From positions 1 to 42,332 of the forward strand of contig JAUCBJ010002704.1 in the NCBI GenBank assembly GCA_032718475.1: a stretch of DNA of 42,332 bases. The letters run 5' to 3'. The DNA is from Nemertoderma westbladi. Lineage: Eukaryota; Animalia; Xenacoelomorpha. Of this stretch, positions 1-13,273 are shown in pieces (position 1 is the first letter of the stretch; each line of letters opens with the position of its first letter). The notes beneath the pieces were generated by a model. That model had not been told where the DNA came from and searched no databases. It saw nothing but the letters and a program-made list of their open reading frames with translations. The translations under genes were made by a program, and so were the position numbers.

Positions 1-45
1 TTAAGTGAGATTGATTAGTTAAGTGAGATTGATTAGTTAAGTGAG
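1..45. repeat. 18-bp tandem repeat (TTAAGTGAGATTGATTAG), ~2.5 copies, may continue left of window
   Basis: Units at 1-18, 19-36 and partial 37-45 read directly. Confidence 0.9.
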
Positions 46-513
46 GTAACAGTTATACTTTCGATAATTTAAGCAGTTTTACTGGAGTTATTCCCAAAAG
101 CCGGTGTTATGGCGAAAAATGGGAACATAACAACCGAATCATATGAAGAATCATATGACTAGAATGACTATACGAGTATACCAACTACCCTTATTCCACG
201 AAGCTCCCGTTCAACACAGAGGATGAGCATAGAGATAGGAAATTCAGTTCAGTAGCTCTGGGATAGGTCGAAATCAACGCCCACTCAAATTCTATTGGCC
301 GACACGGACAGCAGGGCAGAGGCAACCTCTCTAAGCTAGTTGGCCGATTAAACTGAGCCCAGATATCTCCGTACAGCACATCAGCCAATAAGCTGGTAGC
401 TTGCACTATTTTAGTTATAAATTTTTGAGAGTATTCTAGCGACCGGGGGGGAACTGGCCAGCAAAGGCAAACGTATCAGTTATCCCACAAAAGCTTTTAC
501 AACTGTCGGACAC

Positions 514-783
514 TCGGTACCGGTAGTTTCAAACTTTTGATAAAAACTAAAATAAGTCGTTCAATCAAATGATGAATTAAACCAAACTTGTACGTATGCA
601 CTCCATTAAAAGTTTGGAAAGTATCTGAAGTTTGGTCAAAAATAGGTCAGTCGGTACCGGTGGTTTCAGACTTTTTATAAAAACCGAAATAAGTCGGGCA
701 ATTGCAGTTCAGACTTTTATATAAACCGAAATAAGTCGGGCAATTGCAGATTAAATTAAACCAAAATTTGTACGTATGCACTC
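514..783. repeat. Imperfect direct duplication, probably internal repeats of a non-autonomous DNA element
   Basis: TCGGTACCGGT.GTTTCA.ACTTTT...AAATAAGTCG...TTGTACGTATGCACTC occurs at ~514-603 and ~651-783; the second copy has an extra AAACCGAAATAAGTCGGGCAATTGCAG duplication. Confidence 0.7.
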
Positions 784-969
784 TCGTGCTGCGCGAAGTC
801 CCCACGAACGTGTTTTATTGCAAAGAGAATTTCCTTGTGACTGTAAGACTGTAGAGATAAGCGAGCAACATCCATTGTTTCACGGGATAGAGATGGGTTG
901 ATCTTTGTAGGCGGTAGTTCAGGTTTAGTTTACAATAATTAAATATATTAATTATATTATTTTTATCTC

Positions 970-1809
970 ATTTTTTCCATTTCTGAACACCTTATTACGA
1001 TATCATTTATTAAAGTTGCATTAACGTAACAGCTCAACTACAATTCATTTAGTTAATTAATATGACCAGGCAGCAATACTCGAGCTGAATATTTATTCAA
1101 TATCAACCATGACCCAAATGACTTGGACCTCAGCAAAATATCTGGGTATAGGAGACGAACGGCCGCACAACTTATATCCAACGGATTTCATCATAATCTG
1201 TTCTCGTCAGAAAATTGTTGGAGGCCGACAGATAAATGCATATGCTGGCTATGTCACTCAACTGCTTCCACAACTTCGCACTATAATAACTGTGGAAAAA
1301 TACCAAAATTAACGCGTTTTGAAACGGCGGCATTTCTTAACAAACTCCAACGGCCCGTCAATGGCACTCCCTTTTAGGGTTTTAAACTCGATATATATAT
1401 CTTTTATTTATTCTAATTACACTCACTGAATCTTATAATTTTTATACCGTTAGTGTTTTATTTTAATGTCCTATATTTTATTTTATGTAATGCCCTACAG
1501 TTTCGACATGGTGCGAGATAAACCGAATCTAAGTTTCATATTTATTTATTTGTATTTCCCTCCTGTTGCACTCTAACATAGTTGATGCAGGTAGGTCCGC
1601 AGTTAGAGATAGGATATGCATCTTAAGACTGCCTGTTCAATAGTTAAGTGGATTAAATAGAAATATGAATGTCAGAGGAGAGTGGCTGAACCTATTAGCG
1701 CTACTGACGAGGCCTGATAGCCGAAACGTACGTGTAGCGCTGGTTCAACCCCCGGTGACGCGCTTTCTAATTTTTTCCATTTCTGAACAACTTAGTACAA
1801 AATCATTTA
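970..1809 (+). mobile_element. Probable Penelope-like element remnant between two 40-bp direct repeats
   Basis: ATTTTTTCCATTTCTGAACA.CTTA.TAC.A.ATCATTTA at 970-1009 and 1770-1809. The interval ends in a minimal hammerhead; ORF 1109-1312 only weakly recalls a GIY-YIG C-terminus. Confidence 0.4.
1687..1747 (+). ncRNA. Minimal type I hammerhead ribozyme motif with non-canonical GUG cleavage triplet
   Basis: Stem I TGAACC..AGCGCTA / TAGCGCT-GGTTCA; core CTGACGA 1704-1710; stem II GGC-ctgata-GCC; GAAA 1723-1726; short stem III with palindromic ACGTACGT; position 17 is G (1734). Confidence 0.8.
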
Positions 1810-2477
1810 GTTTACAATAGCAGAAGTTAAATATTTGATATTGATTATAAATCTGTCCGTCCCAGGTAGTATCGAATATTAACTCTCCGTTAAGTATTGG
1901 AAAGGCAACAGTTGCTGCACGAAAGATTTATATTGAAGTTGGTCTCCAGAACAATCCTGAGCCGAGCGAGGTTTGACACGTTTTGATCCGCAGTATACGC
2001 CTTAAGCAGGATCTAACCAAGGCCTGCATAGTAATATGCACAGGAACTTGTACCAGAGGTCCAGTGGTAAGTTTGATTGTATGTTTGGGGCATAGAGTTT
2101 AAAACATTGTCGTTGTGGGGCGAGCCACGAAGTAACGTGTAAGCTCTGTACGAAAATACCGGATGCCTTCGAACCCATAACTATGTTCTACTGTGTAATT
2201 TATATTACAAGAATAGAATGCCTTTTCCAAATTTCTCTCCCTACGTTACTTTATTTTGACTTCAAATCTTTTCCATTGACAAGAGCAGATCCAATGACAT
2301 TTTGCTTTGTAACTTTCAAAAGTTCTAATTTACAGTATGTCAAACGGGTGTTTGAAAAGGAAAAGGGTGGACTGGACATAGGCACATAAAACATAGATAA
2401 ATAGTCTGACCAATCAGAAACGTATTAAGTAAGCAATGCTGTTTTGTAGTGATTGGACTGTCCATCTTTTTCAGATC

Positions 2478-2527
2478 TGTCGGGTTGTCAACAAAATTGC
2501 GCCGCCACAACTCCCCATCACCCATGA
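2478..2527 (-). mobile_element. Short 3' fragment of the RTE LINE family
   Basis: Encodes MGDGELWRRNFVDNP, matching MGDRELWRRNFVDKP at the end of the LINE (33711-33760). Confidence 0.8.
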
Positions 2528-5500
2528 ATTTCGCGAAATTATCCGCAACCTCAATGACAGTCAGTGTCTTTTAAGAAGCGACTCAAGAAAGTCATTGTCT
2601 TCAATTAGTCAACTGCGGATGTACTGCTGTACAGTAATAATTAATATTCTGGAATATGGAGACAGGAGGGGGGGTGGGGGGACTGGACGCAAAACCCGCC
2701 TTGGCGAATTAATATCCCGCCTCAATGTTAAATTCTCAATTTAGGGAAAAGAGCAGGTTACAGTGGCACGCTATTTTAACCAAAACAATAAACTAAACAC
2801 AATAGAACAGCTTACATTTTTATTTTTTAGAGTAATCATATGTTATTTGCGTCGAATTTACCCTGGAGAGGGAACTTTATTGCGTCCAGTTTCCCCGCTA
2901 TCTGGGAATATGTTGTTTATTTAATGAGTAGCTAGGCAATAGTAAATTGACATTAAACTAATGTATTAATTAATACTTGTCAAACAAATAATAAGTGATT
3001 TGCAGGTTGCGGAGGAATCAAATACCTACATTTTTTGACGCCGATATCTCAGCTATTTCTCAACGAAACTAATAGCTATTGCCATATTAGATTCGTTGCC
3101 TCGCCAGCTTTCCATTGCTATGAACAGATCACGATAAGGACGAAGGTGTGCGACTGGTGCATATCGACAAAATTATTTATTAAACAATTTCTTTTAGTAC
3201 AGTAATTATAATAATAATAAGCATGATTCTAACAATAAAACCACACAGGGGACCTATTGCACAAAAAATAAAATACTTTATTTACATTTCGCGTCTCGAT
3301 CAAACAGATCTCGGGTCGAAAGGTAATTAAAGCCTATTATATTTACCGTACAATAAATACAGTAGTTATTATAATTAACGTTGTAATGCGATAGAATATT
3401 AACGTTCAAATATTGATTCTTAGCTCACAGACTTCTTGGCTCGCCCCATATTATTGCTACATAGTAGGTCATTGTTGGTCACAGTAAGTATGGGATAATA
3501 ATAACAATAATCCATAAAAACTTTCTGAAAATTTTTTCAAAACGTGGAAAGAGCTGCAAATCAATCTGATAGATCAATTCATTGACTCTTAATAAAAGCT
3601 GAAAAATGTGGACATGTTGGGTGACACAACTCGCCCGTGATTGGTCCGTCCATTATCCATGTTTTCTATGTCCAGTCTACCCTTTTCAAACAACCATGTC
3701 AAACTGCACCAATCTGTAAAATATGTGAAAGATTCTAGAATATGTAATAAATTTGAATAATAATTAATATTATTTCATTTTTGTTGAATTCCAATTCAAA
3801 ATTAACTGTTTGCAGTGTTTAGCTAATATCGATGGGATAAAGCAACCAAAAGGAAGTCAAATTTCCCAGTGGTTGCCATTGGGACCAGATGGTCGGTTTA
3901 ATTTGTTTGCGTCACAATAATAACCTTTTTTCTTAAAAGTTTCTGTACGGTAAACCACTGAGTCCGGACCTCCCCAACAGCTACTAATAAACCTCAGTCT
4001 ATTTAATACAAATAAATTCGTGGTAGTTTGTGAGAATCCTGAAATACATTCCGATACGGAGACAGGCAGATCTTCATAAATCCTTAATCGGATGGGTTAA
4101 ACTGATGTAACTTTATGATACCTAAATTCATTTAATTGAAAATGAAATTTAATTGAAAAATAGTTAAGTGATAAAATAATTTAGTAAGAAATTTATCGTT
4201 GATAATTAACACAAATTATTAAATCAACTTCTCACGCAATTTCTTGGCACAATAAGTTAGTTGTATTATTGTTGTAGTGTTTCATTTAATAATTAATTAT
4301 ATTACAGTAGGTATGGTACAGGCGGACTATCTAATCAATTAATCCTGCCACAACTATAACCTATCAATGTTATCTGCATATTAATTAATTTCAAACTAAT
4401 TATTAGCCAATAGGAAGTTATCAACCAGACAAAGGGAAATCTCGATGTTTCTTTATTTAAATTATTTATTTTCAACCTAAAATACTCAATGTTTCTTGAT
4501 TCTCAAACTTTCTACTGTTATTCAAATTCCTTATCATATTACCGATTTCAAATTATAAACGTCATCTCGAACAATGTGCAATTAGTTAGGCTTTCTTTTA
4601 GGATTGTTAATGTTCCCCGGAATATGAGTTTAAAAATATAATGTTCATGTGCAGTAGGCCCCCGGACAATAGCCCCACAGGAGCCCCCCAAGGATGATTA
4701 GTACAGTAGTAGGCCTTTACTTGTAGACCCTTACTCGTCATAAATATTTATAACCAAATTAAGTCTACATTTTCTTTATATAATATTTTTTTATATCACT
4801 GAAATAAAAGAATGTTAAATAGCTAATTGCATTGACATACAGATAGGTCAAATGTATTGTATTATTATTGTTGTAGGCCTAAGTATTTGTTCAAGTATTA
4901 CTGCTATATAACCAGGACGCATCCTTGCCTTTGCATCCTTAATAGGTAGCTACAAAGTCTACTGGAGTTTTCTCTGGGGAGTATAATTCTGGGGGGAACG
5001 TACTGGAAATATGTCGTCAGACTTTGTGGGTAATCCCTGGCCTTTTGGCCGAAGAAAATTTATTTTTTACTTTACTTTTATATGGTGTACCATACATCTG
5101 CGATGTTTCAGTTTGAAACAGCGCTCAAACCATCATCAATAAGTTGCTAAGAAACCACAACAACACTGACGTATACGCCATCTTATGTCCATTAGGAAAT
5201 TATTACTTTTATTAATAACGGAGTACTCACTAACGAAGGACTAAATACTCGTTCTAGTCGCTAATTATAAGTTCTCCGATAAGTGCACTTCCGTTAATTT
5301 TACGATTAACCTTTCAGGGGCGAGCTATTCTAACAAAAACAATAAACGATCAACATAACAATAACAATAGATAGGTCACAAAAGGCGGGCTTTTCATTTT
5401 CTATCCCAAATAACCCCATTTACTATTCGTTACCAATTGATCAAAAGGAGCAGGTTACGGAGTAGGCTATTTAAAATGTGGGAAACAAATACCAAATTTC

Positions 5501-5739
5501 TGAAATTAGTTAATTTATTACTTAGTTAAAATTATTTTTACGACAGTACCTACGGTATCAGCGAACAGATTTGCAGTGTTATTCTTCCTATGGTATAGGC
5601 TTTATCGTATCATTACCTACTATAAAAGTATGTCATGATGTGCATTTACAAATTTTTAAATAGAGAAAGATATCGCAGTATTAAGATAGAAGAATCAATC
5701 AATAATGGAAAAACTCCAAAATTTCAGTTACCAATGTTA

Positions 5740-8700
5740 CTGGAAGCTACTGTAGATTAGGAGATCAAATACATAAAGTTCAAGCCTACAAACTACGTAA
5801 ATTCATTCACAATGCAGACCCAGACAGCATAGCCAGTGTCACCCGTTCAGACTAATAAGGTCACATCATCAAACTGCAGTAGAAACTGTCGATGAGTTAT
5901 TTATAAGAAAACAACACAGAGGACACAGCCAACTATAAACAAAAACATTGTTCTAACAAATTTATTGTCTTCGAAGAAATTGATGACTCTTTGACAAGCG
6001 ATACTGCGACAAGTGAATAACTTGAATAAACAAGTCACTTATACTAAACAAAATACGGGCCAATGAGCATGTCTCAACATCCGTCTCCCAAACCGTAACT
6101 AGTGAGTCCCACCCAGTACGGGCCAATGAGCATGTCTCAACATCCGTCTCCCAAACCGTAACTAGTGAGTCCCACCCAGTACGGGCCAATGAGCATGTCT
6201 CAACATCCGTCTCCCAACCGTAACTAGTGAGTCCCACCCCAGTACGGGCCAATGAGCATGCCTCAACATCCATTTCCCAAACCGTAACTAGTGAGTCCCA
6301 CCCCAGTACGGGCCAATGAGCATGTCTCAACATCCGTCTCCCAAACCGTAACTAGTGAGTCCCACCCAGTACGGGCCAATGAGCATGTCTCAACATCCGT
6401 CTCCCAAACCGTAACTAGTGAGTCTCACCCCAGTACGGGCCAATGAGCATGTCTCAACATACGTCTCCCAAACCGTAACTAGTGAGTCCCACCCCAGTAC
6501 GGGCCAATGAGCATGTCTCAACATCCATTTCCCAAACCGTAACTAGTGAGTCCCACCCCAGTACGGGCCAATGAGCATGTCTCAACATCCATTTCCCAAA
6601 CCGTAACTAGTGAGTCCCACCCAGTACGGGCCAATGAGCATGTCTCAACATCTGTCTCCCAAACCGTAACTAGTGAGTCCCACCCAGTACGGGCCAATGA
6701 GCATGTCTCAACATCCGTCTCCCAAACCGTAACTAGTGAGTCCCACCCCAGTACTGGCCAATGAGCATGTCTCAACATCTGTCTCCCAAACCGTAACTAG
6801 TGAGTCCCACCCCAGTACGGGCCAATGAGCATGCCTCAACATCCATTTCCCAAACCGTAACTAGTGAGTCCCACCCCAGTACGGGCCAATGAGCATGTCT
6901 CAACATCTGTCTCCCAAACCGTAACTAGTGAGTCCCACCCAGCACGGGCCAATGAGCATGTCTCAACATCCGTCTCCCAAACCGTAACTAGTGAGTCCCA
7001 CCCCAGTACGGGCCAATGAGCATGTCTCAACATCTGTCTCCCAAACCGTAACTAGTGAGTCCCACCCCAGTACGGGCCAATGAGCATGTCTCAACATCCA
7101 TTTCCCAAACCGTAACTAGTGAGTCCCACCCCAGTACGGGCCAATGAGCATGTCTCAACATCCATTTCCCAAACCGTAACTAGTGAGTCCCACCCAGTAC
7201 GGGCCAATGAGCATGTCTCAACATCTGTCTCCCAAACCGTAACTAGTGAGTCCCACCCAGTACGGGCCAATGAGCATGTCTCAACATCCGTCTCCCAAAC
7301 CGTAACTAGTGAGTCCCACCCCAGTACTGGCCAATGAGCATGTCTCAACATCTGTCTCCCAAACCGTAACTAGTGAGTCCCACCCAGTACGGGCCAATGA
7401 GCATGTCTCAACATCCGTCTCCCAACCGTAACTAGTGAGTCCCACCCCAGTACGGGCCAATGAGCATGTCTCAACATCCATTTCCCAAACCGTAACTAGT
7501 GAGTCCCACCCCAGTACGGGCCAATGAGCATGTCTCAACATCTGTCTCCCAAACCGTAACTAGTGAGTCCCACCCAGTACGGGCCAATGAGCATGTCTCA
7601 ACATCCGTCTCCCAAACCGTAACTAGTGAGTCCCACTCAGTACGGGCCAATGAGCATGTCTCAACATCTGTCTCCCAAACCGTAACTAGTGAGTCCCACC
7701 CCAGTACGGGCCAATGAGCATGTCTCAACATCTGTCTCCCAAACCGTAACTAGTGAGTCCCACCCCAGTACGGGCCAATGAGCATGTCTCAACATCCATT
7801 TCCCAAACCGTAACTAGTGAGTCCCACCCCAGTACGGGCCAATGAGCATGTCTCAACATCCATTTCCCAAACCGTAACTAGTGAGTCCCACCCCAGTACG
7901 GGCCAATGAGCATGTCTCAACATCTGTCTCCCAAACCGTAACTAGTGAGTCCCACCCAGTACGGGCCAATGAGCATGTCTCAACATCCGTCCCCCAAACC
8001 GTAACTAGTGAGTCCCACTCAGTACGGGCCAATGAGCATGTCTCAACATCTGTCTCCCAAACCGTAACTAGTGAGTCCTACCCACTCCGGGCCAATGAGC
8101 ATGTCTCAACATCCGTCTCCCAAACCGTAACTAGTGAGTCCCACCCAGTACGGGCCAATGAGCATGTCTCAACATCCGTCTCCCAAACCGTAACTAGCGA
8201 GTCCCACCCACTCCGGGCCAATGAGCATGTCTCAACATCCGTCTCCCAAACCGTAACTAGTGAGTCCCACCCCAGTACGGGCCAATGAGCATGTCTCAAC
8301 ATCAATTTCCCAAACCGAAACTAGTGAGTCCCACCCCAGTACGGGCCAATGAGCATGTCTCAACATCTGTCTCCCAAACCGTAACTAGTGAGTCCCACCC
8401 AGTACGGGCCAATGAGCATGTCTCAACATCTGTCTCCCAAACCGTAACTAGTGAGTCCCACCCCAGTACGGGCCAATGAGCATGTCTCAACATCAATTTC
8501 CCAAACCGAAACTAGTGAGTCCCACCCCAGTACGGGCCAATGAGCATGTCTCAACATCTGTCTCCCAAACCGTAACTAGTGAGTCCCACCCCAGTACGGG
8601 CCAATGAGCATGTCTCAACATCCATTTCCCAAACCGTAACTAGTGAGTCCCACCCAGTACGGGCCAATGAGCATGTCTCAACATCTGTCTCCCAAACCGT

Positions 8701-10970
8701 AACTAGTGAGTCCCACCCAGTACGGGCCAATGAGCATGTCTCAACATCCGTCTCCCAAACCGTAACTAGCGAGTCCCACCCACTCCGGGCCAATGAGCAT
8801 GTCTCAACATCCGTCTCCCAAACCGTAACTAGTGAGTCCCACCCAGTACGGGCCAATGAGCATGTCTCAACATCTGTCTCCCAAACCGTAACTAGTGAGT
8901 CCTACCCCAGTACGGGCCAATGAGCATGTCTCAACATCTGTCTCCCAAACCGTAACTAGTGAGTCCCACCCCAGTACGGGCCAATGAGCATGTCTCAACA
9001 TCCATTTCCCAAACCGTAACTAGTGAGTCCCACCCAGTACGGGCCAATGAGCATGTCTCAACATCTGTCTCCCAAACCGTAACTAGTGAGTCCCACCCAG
9101 TACGGGCCAATGAGCATGTCTCAACATCCGTCTCCCAAACCGTAACTAGTGAGTCCCACCCAGTACGGGCCAATGAGCATGTCTCAACATCCGTCTCCCA
9201 AACCGTAACTAGTGAGTCCCACCCAGTACGGGCCAATGAGCATGTCTCAACATCCGTCTCCCAAACCGTAACTAGTGAGTCCCACCCAGTACGGGCCAAT
9301 GAGCATGTCTCAACATCCGTCTCCCAACCGTAACTAGTGAGTCCCACCCCAGTACGGGCCAATGAGCATGTCTCAACATCCATTTCCCAAACCGTAACTA
9401 GTGAGTCCCACCCAGTACGGGCCAATGAGCATGTCTCAACATCCGTCTCCCAAACCGTAACTAGTGAGTCCCACCCAGTACGGGCCAATGAGCATGTCTC
9501 AACATCCGTCTCCCAAACCGTAACTAGTGAGTCCCACCCAGTACTGGCCAATGAGCATGTCTCAACATCTGTCTCCCAAACCGTAACTAGTGAGTCCCAC
9601 CCAGTACGGGCCAATGAGCATGTCTCAACATCCGTCTCCCAACCGTAACTAGTGAGTCCCACCCCAGTACGGGCCAATGAGCATGTCTCAACATCCATTT
9701 CCCAAACCGTAACTAGTGAGTCCCACCCAGTACGGGCCAATGAGCATGTCTCAACATCCGTCTCCCAAACCGTAACTAGTGAGTCCCACCCAGTACGGGC
9801 CAATGAGCATGTCTCAACATCCGTCTCCCAAACCGTAACTAGTGAGTCCCACCCAGTACGGGCCAATGAGCATGTCTCAACATCCGTCTCCCAACCGTAA
9901 CTAGTGAGTCCCACCCAGTACGGGCCAATGAGCATGTCTCAACATCTGTCTCCCAAACCGTAACTAGTGAGTCCCACCCCAGTACGGGCCAATGAGCATG
10001 TCTCAACATCCGTCTCCCAACCGTAACTAGTAAGTCCCACCCAGTCTGTTTAAGATGAGATCAAAATGATAAGAGGTAGATGATAGTTAGTTTTCTAAGG
10101 AGAAGAAGTGTCAAACCATGTGATCACTATGATGAAAATTAATTTCGACGCGATAACTTTCATAAAAGGAGCACTAACACAAGCAAGATTTTAGGGATGT
10201 GTACTTCCTACAAGTTCAGTCTCTCAAGGCCAATTCAAATCTGAATGAAAGCTCCCAGGTTGGAAAATATATTCCAACAATTTGGATTTGCTGAATCTCA
10301 TAAACTAAAAATAATTTTGTAAAATTAAAGGAATTCTATCAGGCAGAGTCACAACTTGGTTTCATGGTCCGTCGATGTAGCATCTTTAACAAAAAATCAC
10401 GAACAAAGAAATCCAGGATGAGGCAAATTGGTGGAATCGAATCATCAACTGGCAGGTACAATGGCAGCTCTACGATCACCTGAATCTAGCACAACTAACA
10501 TGTACTGTAAAACTGAGCAATTAGAAAAACCAACAAAATGATGTTATCTATAGGATAGTGCAGTACATCCAACAACAAGGACGATTTGACCTCAACTGAC
10601 CATATATGACTGCCATGAGTTTCATGCAAATCCGCCTTAAATAACTCTCGATAACTTTGATGTTCTAGAGATTCAAGAACTCTAGAATGTAAACTTTTTT
10701 TAAAATAAGCATACCCAGTCGAATAAAGATGGCGTACATTTTTAAAATATGCATACCCAGTCGAATAAATATGGCGCACAGAGTGCCCCATAGAAGTCGC
10801 AAGTATAACCAATCTACCTGAAGGGGGATCTCGTACCCTTTTAGTACGAGCATACGTTTCTCGACTATGAGATTATTCGTGAGCCAAATACAGCTTATGA
10901 TGATGTTATCTGCAAAATCAAGCTGCTAGCAGAGACTTTCCACAGAAATGGATGGATATTGCGAATAGGT
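5740..10970 (+). mobile_element. Highly decayed Ty1/Copia (GalEa-like) pol remnant interrupted by the 63-bp satellite
   Basis: Broken motifs in Copia order: RLGDQIHKVQAYKLR (~5755-5800, integrase C-terminus-like); DAITFIKG and FRDVYFL (~10145-10210, RT-like); RQIGG..INW (~10420-10450); ASITNLPEGGS (~10797-10830, like RNase H DASFANLPDGGS); LLAETF (~10925, like TLAAET). Many stops and frameshifts. Confidence 0.5.
6054..10045. repeat. 63-bp tandem satellite, ~63 copies
   Basis: Consensus TACGGGCCAATGAGCATGTCTCAACATCCGTCTCCCAAACCGTAACTAGTGAGTCCCACCCAG with 62-64 bp variants (CCC/CCCC, AA/AAA, CCGTC/CTGTC/CCATT). All ORF-track entries at 5962-9935 are translations of this array. Confidence 0.98.
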
Positions 10971-12599
10971 TAATTTGGAACGCTTGTGCATCATCATTAC
11001 CTGCTCCACTCTCTAATTTTACCTTCGAAATTGGAGCACTTACTGACACCCTAATGAAATCACTCGATTCTTAGTATCATAAACAGCTCAGTGGACTGCT
11101 ATGCATCGCATCGGCGACCTTACCCCTCCCTGGGGTGGTGTTATACCTCTAGTGCAGTGGGTGTGGTATGACACCACACCCACACAGCATTGGTACTCAT
11201 ACTCCTAATGTATTTTATTACTGGTTTAGTGACTTTCAAAATTCAAATGATTAATAATTTATTGATATTATTGACGGTGAATCAAGCGCTTTTAATCTTA
11301 TTTAAGTGTTTAGCAGTACTCTTACTCTTACGACTTATTCGTCAATTTTAATTAATTTAATTTTAATCTCGCAATGTTATATATTGGTTTCTAAATATGT
11401 ATTTTCATATTACAGTATTTACTATAATAATATTATATTATATATAATGATATTTCATATTATTCAATATTCATGCCAGCAAGACGGGAGTAAAAGTTAA
11501 AATGAAATAAATGTTATTCGATTTTAGTAATTTATTATTTATAATAGTTTACAACATGGTTTCCCACTTCTGTAGTAGGCCTAGTTATTTATTAGTTAAA
11601 TAACATGGATCCATAGACCCGGGTTGTAGTATATGTATGTATTTTTTATTTAATTTATTAATTAATGGGGATACTCTTAAGATATGGTAACTAACTACTG
11701 TAGTAGGTAACTAAGCAGGTTTCTACATCATTGGATAGAACTTCTCGAATTCTAAAAAGAGTGTACCTACTAGTGTAGACCCAACAATAAGACCCAACAA
11801 GCAATGATTTTTTTCGATAACATAAAAGTATTGTAACGAAGTATGTTTTCTCGCTATTATCAATTGACCGAATCGACCGTGCATTGCGATTTGCAGGAGT
11901 TTGCAAGAATACACTAAACCTATTATATAATACCTAAGTGTAGGATTGGTTACCACCCTCAGTTACAAAAATATTCACGCAACCATGTCAGTTTTACATG
12001 ACGATAGCGGCATATGGGCCAACACGATTACACGACCATGTGAAGTATACCAGGAATTCTGCTGTTATATTTCAATTTTCATTTTTCCCCCATGTGAAAG
12101 TATACTAGGTTTTCAGTTTCACGAAAAAACCATGTTACAGAAGGGCTGAATCCAACCAAAACAATAAACTGCTTAGCATATGTACAGGTTATAAACGCTT
12201 AAAACACGTAATAAGGATAAATTATAAAAAATAAAAAAAAAATTCTTCATTTATAAAATTTTGATAAAAATTTGACCGAAAAGTGAAAACCAGGTATTGT
12301 TCACACCGGCCAATTTTACAATTAATTGATTTCTTCCTCGCCTGCAGAAATGATGTTCCATAGTGCCAGCTACAGTATGTGCCTCACATATCTATTTAAT
12401 TAATTTGTTCAAACTATTTCAATCTAATTGTCAATAAGTCGAACATGAGATAAGACTGTGTGTACAATGCAATGTCATGGACAAAGTCTGCTAGTAGTAA
12501 ATGTTTATCTTGCATACCAGAGCCCAGATAACGAGGAACTGTTACTATCGTGTCTAGGTAAATTAAGTTCAATAAGACAAAGTATTGTGCTGCATGACT

Positions 12600-12830
12600 T
12601 TGTGTTATTGGGGAATTTTATGCGAATCTAGGTAAACTATTTTTTGATTTACTTAGAAACTGGTGCTTTTCATCTGAGTTCTGATGGCCGATATGAAAGC
12701 GTTGCCTGAGGACACTTTTAGTTTTGTAAGTAGTTCCCATGAGTCTACATTGTGGTTAGACCTTATAATTTGTTATGATAATCACTGTATAGTGTGTGAT
12801 GATCACATTCCTATTTTTATTGATCTTGAG
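12600..12830 (+). mobile_element. Decayed non-LTR retrotransposon apurinic endonuclease fragment
   Basis: CVIGEFYAN (GDFNA-like), TFSFVSSSHESTLWLDLII (TFxS..WLDH-like) and DDHIPI (SDHxP-like) occur in the expected order. Confidence 0.65.
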
Positions 12831-13273
12831 GTAATAAGTGTTGCTGATATTTGCTCTCGAGTACCGTTGCCAAAATTCAGTCATGATGACTCGCCCACGG
12901 CTAGCCGCTGTGATTGGAATCGGCGACCATGGTGATATTTCAAATTCTGCTGATAGAGTCAGACATGAACTACTTTCAGTATTCTCCAATATCAGTTTAA
13001 CCAATTTTTGTAATGTTCCATGTGAACAGGGTAAAGCAGAAAATATTGATTTGTTTATAATAATATTTTTAATCGTCTTACTGTAGCTGGTAACTCCGTC
13101 TTACCTTGTGTTCACATCATCCATAGTGATAAACAGAGATTATCGCCTGTCCCAGAAGGTGATATACGGTTATAAAACCTGAAGCAAATAAATTTATTTA
13201 TTTGCTATTTTTTATTTGCTGGATTTATTACGCCATTCAGTAGTGCGTCGACGCGCATGATGAACTGCTCCAA

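Noticed and set aside
191-406. 71-aa minus-strand ORF
   Set aside because: No recognisable motif in the frames I translated.
2110-3720. Inverted matches (2115-2145 vs 3422-3449; ~2345-2385 vs ~3665-3700)
   Set aside because: Their order is inconsistent with a single TIR element; probably scattered decayed repeat fragments with undefined ends.
6054-10045. CRISPR array, or protein-coding ORFs in the repeat
   Set aside because: No unique spacers, no cas genes, eukaryotic context; 62/64-bp variants repeatedly break the frames.
10709-10776. Small duplication GCATACCCAGTCGAATAAA.ATGGCG
   Set aside because: Local slippage duplication in decayed TE sequence with no sign of function.
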